64,000 nt of DNA from Macrostomum lignano (lineage: Eukaryota): assembly GCA_002269645.1 (NCBI GenBank), contig NIVC01001476.1, forward strand, positions 62,001-126,000, in the 5' to 3' direction. Positions 46,357 to 63,289 of the stretch are shown one piece after another. The position numbers were made by a program, and so were the translations under genes. Under the pieces are notes generated by a model that saw nothing but the letters and a program-made list of their open reading frames with translations, was not told the DNA's origin and did not search any database. Position 1 is the first letter of the stretch; the number at the start of each line of letters is the position of its first letter.

Positions 46357-46432
46357 TCCAATAATAATAATAATAATAATAATGATTGATTACACCTGCC
46401 TTAATGGGCAGATGTGCAACCGACAGCTCAGC
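46357..46432 (-). mobile_element. 3' tail fragment of CORE SINE family A with (ATT)n end
   Basis: Reverse complement GGCTGAGCTGTCGGTTGCACATCTG...GCAGGTGTAATC followed by (ATT)n. Confidence 0.7.
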
Positions 46433-46706
46433 CTTTCATGTTCCAATGAATGCGTTAGAAAAACTCTATAAAAAGTTGTCGGTACAGCTGATACTCAATT
46501 ATTTAGCTGGCTTGAGCAAAGGATTAAGCCTCAATATTAATCGGAAATTGCAAACTGGATACAGAGCTTTACACATGAAGGCCTTGGGTATTTTTGCACT
46601 TCCCTTATGGCTACAATGATGCCGCAATACTGAGCTTTATTTGTTATTCTGAATGCTTATAATTTCGCCGGAAAATACAACGAATGTCACCTGCAAATTA
46701 CTCTCA

Positions 46707-47725
<1,019 letters not shown>

Positions 47726-48232
47726 TGCTGGTGCACAGCTGATGCACTTCTACTGCTCCCTTCCCATCTCATATCTCTTGCCTTACCGTGGCTGACCTTA
47801 AAATAAGTTTATTTTTGATGAGATTTTAGGAAATGAATTTTCCATCTGATTTCAACTAAATTTCTTTCCTGCAAAAGCAATTTTCGCGAGATGTTTTTTT
47901 TTAAACTGAAATTGAAGGCTTGCTTCTTTTCAAGTCGAGTTTGAAAAGCAACTTCTCTCTTTTTTAGCGTCTAAGAGCCCCGCCCACGCCTGGCGTGTTG
48001 CACTCGCACAGGTAGATAATGAATGGCTAGACGAGCCGCATTGACGTCATTGGCCAAGTTCGCGTTTCCACGGGGAACAATTTACTTTTTTATTATTCTT
48101 CTTCCTAATTGCTGTCTGTCTTTGATCTTGAGTATATACTGTAGTTTTAGTTTCCTTAAAGTCTTTGTTGAACTCTTAGCAGCACTTAAAACTTATTGAA
48201 TATTGCCAAGTATCCCGAATCACCTAGCTGTT

Positions 48233-49700
48233 GGCTGTTATCAGAATCGTCACAAATCATTATGAGAATCGTCACAAATCATTATCAGAATCGTCACAAA
48301 TCATTATGAGAATCGTCGCAAATCATTATGAGAATCGTCGCAAATCATTATCAGAATCGTCACAAATCATTATCAGAATCGTCACAAATCATTATGAGAA
48401 TCGTCGCAAATCATTATGAGAATCGTCGCAAATCATTATCAGAATCGTCACAAATCATTATCAGAATCGTCACAAATCATTATGAGAATCGTCGCAAATC
48501 ATTATGAGAATCGTCACAAATCATTATGAGAATCGTCACAAATCATTATCAGAATCATCACAAATCATTATCAGAATCGTCACAAATCATTATGAGAATC
48601 GTCACAAATCATTATCAGAATCGTCACAAATCATTATGAGAATCGTCACAAATCATTATCAGAATCATCACAAATCATTATCAGAATCGTCACAAATCAT
48701 TATGAGAATCGTCACAAATCATTATCAGAATCGTCACAAATCATTATCAGAATCATCACAAATCATTATCAGAATCGTCACAAATCATTATGAGAATCGT
48801 CACAAATCATTATCAGAATCGTCACAAATCATTATGAGAATCGTCACAAATCATTATCAGAATCATCACAAATCATTATCAGAATCGTCACAAATCATTA
48901 TGAGAATCGTCGCAAATCATTATCAGAATCGTCACAAATCATTATCAGAATCGTCACAAATCATTATGAGAATCGTCGCAAATCATTATGAGAATCGTCG
49001 CAAATCATTATCAGAATCGTCACAAATCATTATCAGAATCGTCACAAATCATTATGAGAATCGTCGCAAATCATTATGAGAATCGTCACAAATCATTATG
49101 AGAATCGTCACAAATCATTATCAGAATCATCACAAATCATTATCAGAATCGTCACAAATCATTATGAGAATCGTCACAAATCATTATCAGAATCGTCACA
49201 AATCATTATGAGAATCGTCACAAATCATTATCAGAATTTTCACAAATCATTATGAGAATCGTCACAAATCATTATCAGAATCGTCACAAATCATTATGAG
49301 AATCGTCGCAAATCATTATCAGAATCGTCACAAATCATTATCAGAATCGTCACAAATCATTATGAGAATCGTCGCAAATCATTATGAGAATCGTCACAAA
49401 TCATTATGAGAATCGTCACAAATCATTATCAGAATCATCACAAATCATTATCAGAATCGTCACAAATCATTATGAGAATCGTCACAAATCATTATCAGAA
49501 TCGTCACAAATCATTATGAGAATCGTCACAAATCATTATCAGAATTTTCACAAATCATTATGAGAATCGTCACAAATCATTATCAGAATCGTCACAAATC
49601 ATTATCAGAATCGTCACAAATCATTATCAGAATCGTCACAAATCATTATGAGAATCGTCACAAATCATGAGAATTGTCACAAATCATTACGAGAATTGTC
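48233..49700. repeat. Minisatellite, 22-bp unit TSAGAATCGTCACAAATCATTA
   Basis: About 66 copies. Confidence 0.96.
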
Positions 49701-50964
49701 CCCTTTAGGCTATAATGCTTTCCACGCTTGTGTATCTTCACGTCACGCCAGCATGCAGAAATGAGAGCACGGTTTCGCCCACTGTATTTATTCACTGATT
49801 ATGCAAATAAGGAAAAGTGGAAGGCGGGTCGGCCTCGCCCTTCACCCAGCTTGTCGTCAGCTGATTTTGCTGACAGGCCACTTCCGTCGGCTTTGCTTTG
49901 TCTGTAGTTGGCGGGCAGCCAGGTAGATAGCTTTAGTAAGGCTAGGGCACGCTTGTAAGCATGCATTAAGAGCTTATTTATGAGTGCCGGTCTTACCCAA
50001 AGATTAGCTGCTCACCTTGAAAATTTATGGCTGTATTTACGCTTTGAGAGTTCGACTTTCAGAATCAGAGTCTCATTTATCATTCTCGTCTAACAAAACT
50101 TTGAGGCAATTAATGCGTCAAATGACGGCAGCTCTTTATTTTACAGTACATTTTATAGAGTAGATCATGTACTTTTACCCTTCTAGAATGTATTTATAGA
50201 TAGATCATAGGCTTAGACTGTCAATTCAGCTTGTGTCGGGCTGAAATGCGGTGTCCCAATCCGAGTGCGAGGAACATGGAAAACTACCTAAGGTTTTGCT
50301 AAGGCAGACGGCCTGATTCAATACTCTCAGTGAGTGTGGGAAGGTGATCTAAGAATTAGTCGGCCTTCAATGTTCGAAGTAAGCATCTTAGCTTGTTGGG
50401 AATTTCACTAGCCAAACAAGGATAGCTAGGCAGCCTAAAAAATCCCCCGCCTCTTTGTCGTCCGGAGTCCTTATCCCTAATCCTTGCCGAGCCTTCGCTG
50501 TCTGTCGAGCTGCCAACTGAATTATGAATATTAATGCTTGCCAGCTTGGGAATTTCATCCGTTTTTTTCCAGCGATCCACCCCAGCCCATCCTGAGTGCT
50601 CGGCTCGTGTTAGGTGTCTTCTCACTTTGAACTGGCTCGATACTGCCAGCCTTGCTAGTCGAACTGGCAAACCGCATTTGATGCAACGCATGAACTTAGC
50701 CTGAAAGCCTGTCGAACAAAGACAGGCTTTTAAACGTCTGTCTTAGACAGACAGCATATGAGTTTGGCCATAGACAGCACGCAAATTTCTGACCTGAGAG
50801 ATCAGCAAGTCTAGAAATGGACATCCAAACTCACAATCGTCAACAAATTTGAATCATCACAAATCAGAATTTTGATGTATTCTAAACAAGTTGGTCAACT
50901 TTTATGCAGTGCAGAGTGGCTTCTTATTAAATTATGCTGGCTCCAGTCTTTGACTCTAAGGCAA

Positions 50965-51415
<451 letters not shown>

Positions 51416-52860
51416 GCCCAAATGAATTGCATGTTGTACTCACGACTCTCAGGAAGGGTGCGCCTACGAGGGTCAGAGTACGCGGGCCCGTGCTGGCCTG
51501 CTACAGGGCGCGAGTGTCCGCACGGGACCCTAAGTCTGGGGCGTCAGGACGCATCCAAGTGGCCGGAACACGCGTAGGGACGCTGTGATGTCGATCACCT
51601 TCAGCAGGACTGCAGTGTCACCTGTTAGACTGCAGTGTCACCTGTTAGACTGCAGTGTCACCTTCTCTGCTTGACTGGGTTCCTGTCTTGTCAAATTTGC
51701 GTGACCCAAATGCATGAAACTGGATTTAAATTAGCTTTAAATATTAAATTTTTATTGCCATTTGATTAATTCCTGTGCGTGCTGTGCTGTCGTTAAGAAT
51801 TCACCAAATTACCCAGGTGGAATTTAACCTAAATCATGATCGTCTAATTATCAATATTTTATTCCATTTGACTAATGAGACAGACGGCTCACCTGACCGT
51901 GAGAAATATCAAAGAGAATTGATGGAAAGACCACCCAGTCGAGGCACTGCGATACCTGCAGGCCTATAAATTTGTATTTTGTCTATAAAAAATCAGGTGA
52001 AAATTTCGCACTTTCTGCAACAAAAAACAAACTTAAGGAATAAAAATTTGAGGTGTCAAAGCTTTCGATGACTTTCAAATAACTTTTATTTTGGGGTTAA
52101 TTTTTTTAGACAGAAAACAAAGACAGTAAAGGATTGCTTCTATAGCTAGGAGCAGACCGACAGACAGACAATTAGTGAAGGAATGTTAAATTTTCTCTGT
52201 GAAGCCATATTAACGCAAAACTGGCTATTCGTGAAAGAAGATCCACCTGGGGCGCCGAAGCAATTATGATTATTTTAGCCGAATGTAAGCGGCTTAAATT
52301 GGCTGCACACAATCGCGCGGTGTCTGCCAGTTAAACTGACAGACTAATAATATCAGAACCAGGCGGTAACAATGGACTTTGGTCTGCGGAAATTAAGCAA
52401 GACGAATCTCCGTTTCTGTAGGTCTGCGTCATTGCAGAGCTATTTTAAACCCCCGCCCAAATTTAAATGGTAATGTGCCCACCTTCAAAGCAACGTGGAT
52501 GGGGCGCGATTACTTGAGCAACAGGTGGCAAGATCCAGCTGTCACAAAATTCTCCTCTGCCTTGAGAAAACTATTTTTGGGGCGATTTTTAATACATGTA
52601 AGCAACCGAAAAAATAGTTATCGAGTAGTTTTAGTCGCAAATGAAGTACAAAATTATGAGAAAATAAATAAAATAGATATGGATGTTAAGTGTACAAAAA
52701 GTGACAAATTTTATAAAAAATAAACATCACTCACGATTTAGAGTAAACATTTGCGAGCGCCCATATAGATTTACATGTACCGGTACTGTATACACGACAA
52801 ATTTCACAGCGCCATAAAACTATGAGAAGCAACAACGGGCTTAATTTGTTTTTTAATATT

Positions 52861-53150
52861 GGGGGTTGTAGCCTACTGGTTAGAGCGTCGGACCCACGAC
52901 TGAAAGGTCGGGGGTTCGATTCTCGACTCAACTCGGAACAATTTGTGTCCTTGAGCAAGACACTTAACTCTGCATTGCTTCAGTTCACCCAGCTGTAAAA
53001 TGGGTGCCAGCATTAGCTGGGCTGGGGTAATTGAGGGTGTGCGGCGACCCCCCAGTCCTTGGACTGAACAGCCGTACGCAGCCTTCAGATGGGCCGCGCA
53101 ATAGCTGCGGCTGAGCTGTCGGTTGCACATCTACTCAGTGGGAGCGGGTG
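52861..53150 (+). mobile_element. CORE-type tRNA SINE family A, full length
   Basis: A box TAGCCTACTGGTTAGAGC, B box GGTTCGATTC, and CORE-like GTGTCCTTGAGCAAGACACTTAAC...CCCAGCTGTAAAATGGG. Confidence 0.85.
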
Positions 53151-53341
53151 TAATTTATTAATACATGTATTATTACTATTATATCGTATAACTGATGTAT
53201 CGCCTTCAAAAATCAGTCTACTAGACTTTCTGAACTTTCTCTACCTTCATCTGAGAGATGCAGCATTAGTGCACTGCAATCAGAGTGCAAATAGAAGTCA
53301 AACAGTTCTCAATTCTGTCCGTCAATTCCTGACTCAAGCGT

Positions 53342-54607
<1,266 letters not shown>

Positions 54608-55149
54608 CTATCGAGAGGCGGTGGTGGCTTTCTGCCTCAGCTTATCCTCACCTCGCCCATCCTATACGGCGTCACTCGCCGTAGCCCGCCTCCCATTCGC
54701 CCCAGCCAGGCAGGCCAGCACTCCCTCCCTGTCTGCTGCTTCCGTGTCCCCGCCGCCCTCCCTCTTCCCTCTCGCTCTGCCGGGGCAGCTATGGGCGTTT
54801 TTTCTGATTTTAAAATGAAAACAACTGCCGTGCCGTTCAAGGTGTTAGCAAAATTGAATGGCTTTGAAAACTCTCCGAGTAAGTGCTAATACTCATAAAT
54901 ACAAAGCCAGGTTTTCCCAGCATCTGCCCTTCCTTCTCCCGTCCATTTTCGGGTAGCTGCGCTTAAAGACTGAAACCCTGGGGCTTTTCTATTCACTTGG
55001 GCTAGGCGGGCCTCGGGAAAAATTGTATTGGTTTTTGTGTTTGAGGTTTTTGTAAACAAAGCAAAATTGTATGAGATTTGAAAGCTTCGAAAGCTAGGCA
55101 GTGATGGAAATAGAGATAGAGTAAGAAATATGAGGAATTCGAGACTTTA

Positions 55150-56655
55150 GAGACACGGAGCGAGTAAGCGACAGATGGGAGAATAGATCTATAGACAGAT
55201 GAGAGAGCAGATCTATAGACAGGTATGAGAATGGATCTATTGACAGATGGGAGAACAGATCTATAGACAGATGGGAGAATAGATCTATAGACAGATGGGA
55301 GAACAGATCTATTGACAGGTATGAGAATAGATCTATTGACAGATGGGAGAACAGATCTATTGACAGATGGGAGAATAGATCTATAGACAGGTATGAGAAT
55401 AGATCTATAGACAGGTATGGGAATAGATCTATTGACAGATAGGAGAATAGATCTATAGACAGATGGGAGAACAAATCTATTGACAGGTATGAGAATAGAT
55501 CTATTGACAGATGGGAGAATAGATCTATAGACAGATGGGAGAATAGATCTATAGACAGGTATGAGAATAGATCTATAGACAGGTATGAGAATAGATCTAT
55601 TGACAGATAGGAGAATATATCTATTGACATATGAGAGAATAGATCTATGAACAGATGGGAGAACAGATCTATTGACAGATAGGAGAATATATCTATTGAC
55701 ATATGAGAGAATAGATCTATATACAGATGGGAGAATAGATCTATTGACATATGAGAGAACAGATCTATTGACAGATAGGAGAATAGATCTATAGAGATGG
55801 GAGAATAGATCTATAGACAGGTATGAGAATAGATCTATTGACAGATGGGAGAACAGATCTATAGACAGATGGGAGAATAGATCTATAGACAGGTATGAGA
55901 ATAGATCTATAGACAGGTATGAGAATAGATCTATTGACAGATAGGAGAATATATCTATTGACATATGAGAGAATAGATCTATATACAGATGGGAGAATAG
56001 ATCTATTGACATATGAGAGAACAGATCTATTGACAGATAGGAGAATAGATCTATAGAGATGGAGAATAGATCTATAGACAGGTATGAGAATAGATATATT
56101 GACAGATGGGAGAACAGATCTATAGACAGATGGGAGAATAGATCTATAGACAGGTATGAGAATAGATCTATAGACAGGTATGAGAATAGATCTATTGACA
56201 GATAGGAGAATATATCTATTGACATATGAGAGAATAGATCTATAAACAGATGGGAGAACAGATCTATTGACAGATGGGAGAATAGATCTATAAAGAGATG
56301 GGAGAATAGATCTATTGACATATGAGAGAACAGATCTATAGACAGATGGGAGAACAGATCTATATACAGATGAGAGAACAGATCTATAGACAGATGGGAG
56401 AATAGATCTATATACAGATGGGAGAACAGATCTATAGACAGATGGGAGAATAGATCTATAAAGAGATGGGAGAATAGATCTATTGACATATGAGAGAACA
56501 GATCTATAGACAGATGGGAGAACAGATCTATATACAGATGAGAGAACAGATCTATAGACAGATGGGAGAATAGATCTATATACAGATGGGAGAACAGATC
56601 TATAGACAGATGGGAGAATAGATCTATAAACAGATGAAAGGTTAGATCTATAGGC
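55150..56655. repeat. Minisatellite, 24-bp unit AGACAGATGGGAGAATAGATCTAT
   Basis: About 62 copies with higher-order variants. Confidence 0.96.
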
Positions 56656-57062
56656 AGATGGGGGCATAAATAAACTATTATGCAAAACAAACACTGTCAG
56701 CAATGCTTAAACGATAACAGCCCCTGCCGACCGACTCCACCTCTCACAGCTTCGTGACTAAAGCTGAGTTTATTGTAGTTCGTGAAAAAAAACAATTTTT
56801 AGATACTTTGTACCCCGATGATGCTATCTGGCAGTTACTCTGGTCGGTTAGCGCAGAGCTGCTCCATGCTTTTGCGTTTTTCCCGCTCGCTATTGTCTGC
56901 AGGCTGGAAGAGGGGTTCCCTATGGAAAAATTCCTATTGTTGATACATTTTTGCTCAGTGATCTATTATTTTTATACATATTGAACTGTATCCTACTTAC
57001 GGTAATGTGCTACGAATATTTTGCTTTTTAATTTGTCGTTTCAATTAACCATAGTCGGCAGT

Positions 57063-59035
57063 ATCCCAGATCCCGATGCCAGATCCCGATGCCAGATCCC
57101 GATGCCAGATCCCGATGCCAGATCCCGATGCCAGATCCCGATGCCAGATCCCGATGCCAGATCCCGATGCCAGATCCCGATGCCAGATCCCGATGCCAGA
57201 TCCCGATGCCAGATCCCGATGCCAGATCCCGATGCCAGATCCCGATGCCAGATCCCGATGCCAGATCCCGATGCCAGATCCCGATGCCAGATCCCGATGC
57301 CAGATCCCGATGCCAGATCCCGATGCCAGATCCCGATGCCAGATCCCGATGCCAGATCCCGATGCCAGATCCCGATGCCAGATCCCGATGCCAGATCCCG
57401 ATGCCAGATCCCGATGCCAGATCCCGATGCCAGATCCCGATGCCAGATCCCGATGCCAGATCCCGATGCCAGATCCCGATGCCAGATCCCGATGCCAGAT
57501 CCCGATGCCAGATCCCGATGCCAGATCCCGATGCCAGATCCCGATGCCAGATCCCGATGCCAGATCCCGATGCCAGATCCCGATGCCAGATCCCGATGCC
57601 AGATCCCGATGCCAGATCCCGATGCCAGATCCCGATGCCAGATCCCGATGCCAGATCCCGATGCCAGATCCCGATGCCAGATCCCGATGCCAGATCCCGA
57701 TGCCAGATCCCGATGCCAGATCCCGATGCCAGATCCCGATGCCAGATCCCGATGCCAGATCCCGATGCCAGATCCCGATGCCAGATCCCGATGCCAGATC
57801 CCGATGCCAGATCCCGATGCCAGATCCCGATGCCAGATCCCGATGCCAGATCCCGATGCCAGATCCCGATGCCAGATCCCGATGCCAGATCCCGATGCCA
57901 GATCCCGATGCCAGATCCCGATGCCAGATCCCGATGCCAGATCCCGATGCCAGATCCCGATGCCAGATCCCGATGCCAGATCCCGATGCCAGATCCCGAT
58001 GCCAGATCCCGATGCCAGATCCCGATGCCAGATCCCGATGCCAGATCCCGATGCCAGATCCCGATGCCAGATCCCGATGCCAGATCCCGATGCCAGATCC
58101 CGATGCCAGATCCCGATGCCAGATCCCGATGCCAGATCCCGATGCCAGATCCCGATGCCAGATCCCGATGCCAGATCCCGATGCCAGATCCGATGCCAGA
58201 TCCCGATGCCAGATCCCGATGCCAGATCCCGATGCCAGATCCCGATGCCAGATCCCGATGCCAGATCCCGATGCCAGATCCCGATGCCAGATCCCGATGC
58301 CAGATCCCGATGCCAGATCCCGATGCCAGATCCCGATGCCAGATCCCGATGCCAGATCCCGATGCCAGATCCCGATGCCAGATCCCGATGCCAGATCCCG
58401 ATGCCAGATCCCGATCCAGATCCCGATGCCAGATCCCGATGCCAGATCCCGATGCCAGATCCCGATGCCAGATCCCGATGCCAGATCCCGATGCCAGATC
58501 CCGATGCCAGATCCCGATGCCAGATCCCGATGCCAGATCCCGATGCCAGATCCCGATGCCAGATCCCGATGCCAGATCCCGATGCCAGATCCCGATGCCA
58601 GATCCCGATGCCAGATCCCGATGCCAGATCCCGATGCCAGATCCCGATGCCAGATCCCGATGCCAGATCCCGATGCCAGATCCCGATGCCAGATCCCGAT
58701 GCCAGATCCCGATGCCAGATCCCGATGCCAGATCCCGATGCCAGATCCCGATGCCAGATCCCGATGCCAGATCCCGATGCCAGATCCCGATGCCAGATCC
58801 CGATGCCAGATCCCGATGCCAGATCCCGATGCCAGATCCCGATGCCAGATCCCGATGCCAGATCTCGATGCCAGATCCCGATGCCAGATCCCGATGCCAG
58901 ATCCCGATGCCAGATCCCGATGCCAGATCCCGATGCCAGATCCCGATCCCAGATCCCGATGCCAGATCCCGATGCCAGATCCCGATCCCAGATCCCGATC
59001 CCAGATCCCGATCCCAGATCCCGATCCCAGATTCT
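57063..59035. repeat. Highly homogeneous 13-bp satellite GATCCCGATGCCA
   Basis: About 150 copies. Variant GATCCCGATCCCA concentrated at the right end. Confidence 0.98.
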
Positions 59036-59745
59036 CCAGATCAGAATAGAGTGAAGCACATTACTAGAGGCTGTCAGTTAAGCCCTGCAGCATGAGCATG
59101 TTTCATCGTCAGAGCAATACACTGCCCCCGTCTATCTAAGCCCAATAAATTAGTAATTCACAAGTAAGCCTTCATAATGGCCATCCCTAATTCCATTTGT
59201 TAGTTAGCTAGTCTATACGCAAAGGATTGTTAGGTAACTATAAAGATCTGCAGATAAGGCTTGACAGGAATGTCAGAGCCATTCTACATCATATTTTTGT
59301 TTGCCTCGTATGCACAGCATTTGCTGTCTGCCTTCACTATACTCGTAATGGCGGCTCCATTGTCAAATATGTACGCCTTTGTTAGGCACTAGCCTCAGGC
59401 CAAATATTGCATTATATATTCTCCAGTATTACCATCCAGCTTCATTAGCAGCTTCATCACATCACTTCCTCACAATGGCGCATCTATAGTGTCAGGTACA
59501 ATAGTTGCTATGCGGTTGCTAACCGGAAGTTTTCCTACCGGGACTTCCGCTTGTCACCGATACAGTTTTCATGTATGCAGCATACGTATATATAGTGGGC
59601 ATAAGTGCTCAGCTTTATCTTGCAATAGAGCTCTCCTAGAATGGTGAGTTCTACTCGTCAACAATAGCCGCTGCACTGCAATTCTCTGCCCGAATGGACA
59701 GCGTGAAGGTGAGAAGTTTGCGCGGCTTAATTTTTAGCTTTCTGT

Positions 59746-62700
59746 TTGTACACCGCCAACTGTGCAGAGATTTGTAAACTGGTCTCGAATAAACTCCTCC
59801 GCACACCGCCGAACCCCTTCAACCGTCACCCGCAGGCCCACCAGGAGCTTCAAGCCGAGCGCTGGCGCTGCCTGCTGCAGCGCTACTCAGAATTCGGCGT
59901 GCTCAAAAAGCGCGACCTGTCCGCGGCCAGCAGAGCCGGCTGTCTCGAAGTCGACTTTGCCGAACAGTCCGCCGAGAAGGCGGCGGGCGACGATGCGGCT
60001 GCTGAGACGGCAGAGGAGTTCGACTTGATGGCGGAGCTCGCCAAGAGCCCGGACCGAGTCTTCGAGTTTGTCTCCCTGCCGCCGCCGCTGCCGGCGCCGC
60101 CCGTCCTACCGCCGATCTGCCGGAGCTGCACCGCCGATCCGCGCTTCCGCCTGCGGCTGGTCGCCAGCCCGGCCGACTTCGACGCCGAGCGGTCGGCGGT
60201 CGCTCGACTAGCCGCCGGTCGCCTTCGCCGATTCGGCCGCGGCCTCGGGCTCGACTTCCGTCTGGAGGATCCGCGGCGCGGCCGGCACTGGCTTGGCGCC
60301 GCCGACCTGTCCGACTGTCTTGACGACGAGGTCAGTGAGGTCCAGCTGGTGATGCTCGGCGACTGCGTCGGCCAACCAGTCTGTCCGGCCGAGATCGACG
60401 CCGAGGAGTTCCGCCTGCTGCGCTGCGAACTGGCGGAGGCCGCCGAAACGGCCGCGAACTCCGCTGCCGCGGCTTCCGAGGCCGCTGCCGCCGCCGCCTC
60501 CGTCGCACCTTTAGCTGAGGGGAATCACCAGCGAATCAGGGAATTGAAGCTCGGTCGAGGCACGAAGGCAGCGCTGTTGATGCTGAGGCACAGCCGCGAG
60601 GAGGCCGAGGAGGAAGACTCCCGTCAAGACGACCCTCCGCAGCCGGCGGCTCCGCTTCGCTGGTCTCAAATGTCGCAGCGCCGCCTGAGCTCGCTGGCGA
60701 GAACCCTCGGCCGCACCCTGGTCGCCTTGCGTCCATCGGACGATGACGCTGACGCGGTAGTCTACGCGCCAGGAAAACCGGACGGATCGCCGAGACAGCG
60801 GCCGCCAGAGGAGGCGGCGATGGTGGCCAAGCTGCTGGACGCCTGGTACAGCCGGAAGCTTGAAGAGGGCGACGTCGACGACGAGACGGAGCGGCCTTAC
60901 CGGCTGCGACCGCCGGCTCCGGACGAGGACGAGGCGTCCCAGAACGAGCGTCGCCGGCGCGACCGGCTGCTCCTGACTGCGATGTCGGCGGCTGCCAGGC
61001 GGCTGGTGCGGCAGGGCCAGCTAGCCGAGGCGCGGAGCGCTGTGTTGAAAGCCGCGGCAGCGTCACCGCTGGAGACCGAGCTGCGCGGGTTGGTTTTCAG
61101 TCTGGTTTTGGCTTCTAAATTCAGTCAGTGTCTGCTCTGAGTTCGAATCTTACCTTTCGGAGCCTCAGCCTCAGCAAGTAGAAAGACGGGAAACTACGTT
61201 TCTTAGAAAATGTTTGTTTGGATTGCTATTGCTCTAGATAGGAGGCATAACCAGTGTTCATCCTTTGATACGTTGTGCCTTTCTAATAGCTCTATTGGTA
61301 TTTATGGAGCTTTTCGTTTAGAAAATTAGGATTGTATGTTAATTTTATTTCCTACGCACATTTCCTGGGCCTAAAATCATAAAAATGCATGGCAGGGCTT
61401 AACTCATGGGCTTTATGAACCTCCCTAGAAGACATTGACTTGTTGATTCTTAGCAGATCTTGTCTATCTTCTTGGGTTGCTGCGCAAGTACTTGCAAGAA
61501 CGTGCAAGATCTTTGCTATAATAATACTTAGGTAAACTTACCAGATCTGGGCGACTTGCTACATCGTACAAGATCTTAGCTTTTATATCTTTTTATAGCT
61601 TCGAATCGCATATTTTCTTAAATTTATTGTCCCATTTTGTCATAAAATAAATATAGTTCAGCTAGAACACTTTAGCAAAAAAATGTGCCTCCCATCTTAG
61701 AAGATCCTGCAAGAACCGAGCAGATTGAGAAGATCTGCTAAGAATGGCACAGAGACAAGATCTGCTAAGTTTGAGAAACAGAATGTCCTCTAGAGCTATT
61801 TTTATCATGTCTGATACACATCTTGTTACACAGTCAGCTAAACATGATTTTTTGAGCTAATCAATCAAATTCACCAGCCCCTAAGTTTTTGAGCACAATC
61901 CCAGCCTCGACCACCCTGCATGCAGTTTCCTTCCGCCGGAGCCAGCCGTCAGCCGCAGTCCCAAGCTGCTGTTAATTCTTCGCAGTTTCGACAATCTGCG
62001 CGACTGCCTGGACCAACAGTCGGCCGGCCGCTTCACCGACCTGCTGCCCGGCCGGACGGAGGTCGATCTAACCGCTGCCGGCCGGCTGGCCCGGCTCCGC
62101 ATGGACGCCGAGGCGGCTTGCCGATCGGATCGGGTTAGATTCTTTTAAGTAACAAATTCTTTATGGCATAATTGCCAAACTAAAGACAATAAACACTGCC
62201 AGGTGCACCGATGCCAGCTGGAATGGACCCCCGACGGTGGGGTCAACCCGGGCGTCATCCGCGCCCACGACGCTTATCTAAGACGACTGTGCGGCTCGGT
62301 CTGCCGCGCCATCGAGCCAATGATGCTGGCTGCGGCATCTGCAGCCGAGGCGTCAGTAGAAGAGGCCGCATGCTTGACCAACGAAGGTCGGCGCCGTTGC
62401 TGGGCCAGCTTTGATCCCGATCGAATGCGACTTGAGAGCGAGGCCTTCTGCAGCAGATTGTGAGACACTTGGTTGCTGGATTTTAATGTAATGTAGGGGT
62501 TTGTAAGCCTAGTGGTTAGGGCGTTGGACTCACGACTGAAAGGTCGGGGGTTCGATTTTCGACCCACACGGAACAATTTGTGTCCTTGAGCAAGACACTT
62601 AAACTCTGCATTGCTTCAGTTCACCCAGCTGTAAAATGGGTGCCAGCATTAGCTGGGGTAATTGAGGGTATGTGGCGACCCCCCCCCCCAGTCCTTGGAC

Positions 62701-63175
62701 TGAACAGCCGTACGCAGCCTTCAGATGCGCCGCGCAATAGCTGCGGCTAAGCTGTCGGTTGCACAGGTGGCTATTAGGGCAGGTGTAATCAATTATTGTT
62801 TTTATTATTGTCCCATGAAGATTTAGTACTCATGTCTGTCCCATCAGAGCTCCGGATGTCGCGTGTCTGCAGGACTGGCTGGCGCTGGTTCGCTCCTACG
62901 CCGTGTCGGACAGCATGCTGCCTCTGGTGATTCATGGACCTCTGGCCTGCGGCAAGACGTCCTTAGCTGCCGCAGCGTTCACCGGCTTGTCTGGCTGGCT
63001 GCCTCCTGGATCCGTTCGGCTTGTGCGCCTTATCGGTTTGTCGCATCGATCGGAGAGCGTGCGCCACTTGTTGCTGAGCCTCTGCCGACAGCTGGATGAG
63101 CTGCTGCAGGCACAGCCGCCACCGGCCCAACTGGACGAGGCGGCGATGAAGCGTCTACGGAGACAGGAGAATATG
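59746..63175 (+). CDS. NWD1/NWD2-like protein (DUF4062-like N-terminus + NACHT NTPase), 5' part, continues beyond the last exon seen
   Basis: Exons ~59770-61088, 61926-62133, 62203-62459, 62848-63175 with compatible phases. DFDAERSAV..RLRRFG..LGLDFRLEDPRRG (DUF4062-like) and PLVIHGPLACGKTSL..VRLIGLS.RS (NACHT Walker A). Start uncertain, possibly a micro-exon MDSVK at 59694-59708. Confidence 0.75.
62497..62800 (+). mobile_element. CORE-type tRNA SINE family A, intronic
   Basis: Near-identical to 52861-53150. Confidence 0.85.
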
Positions 63176-63289
63176 GTTAGTTTCCAATTTTGAAACCTTG
63201 AGCATCTTTTTATCTAGTCCTGAGGTCAGTAATTTTTCTTACTTCAAGGGCCAGATTTAGAATCTAGCTCGTGGTTGCGGACCAGATGA

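Noticed and set aside
51430-51600. GC-rich island, possibly a retroelement fragment
   Set aside because: No recognisable motif, TSD or second copy in the window.
52861-52935. SINE heads as functional tRNA genes (also 14850-14918 and 62497-62570)
   Set aside because: They have A and B boxes but no closing acceptor stem, and continue into a shared SINE body.
57021-59095. Four ORFs of 650-680 aa (MPDPDARSRCQI repeats)
   Set aside because: Translation of a stop-free 13-bp satellite in every frame, with no coding evidence.
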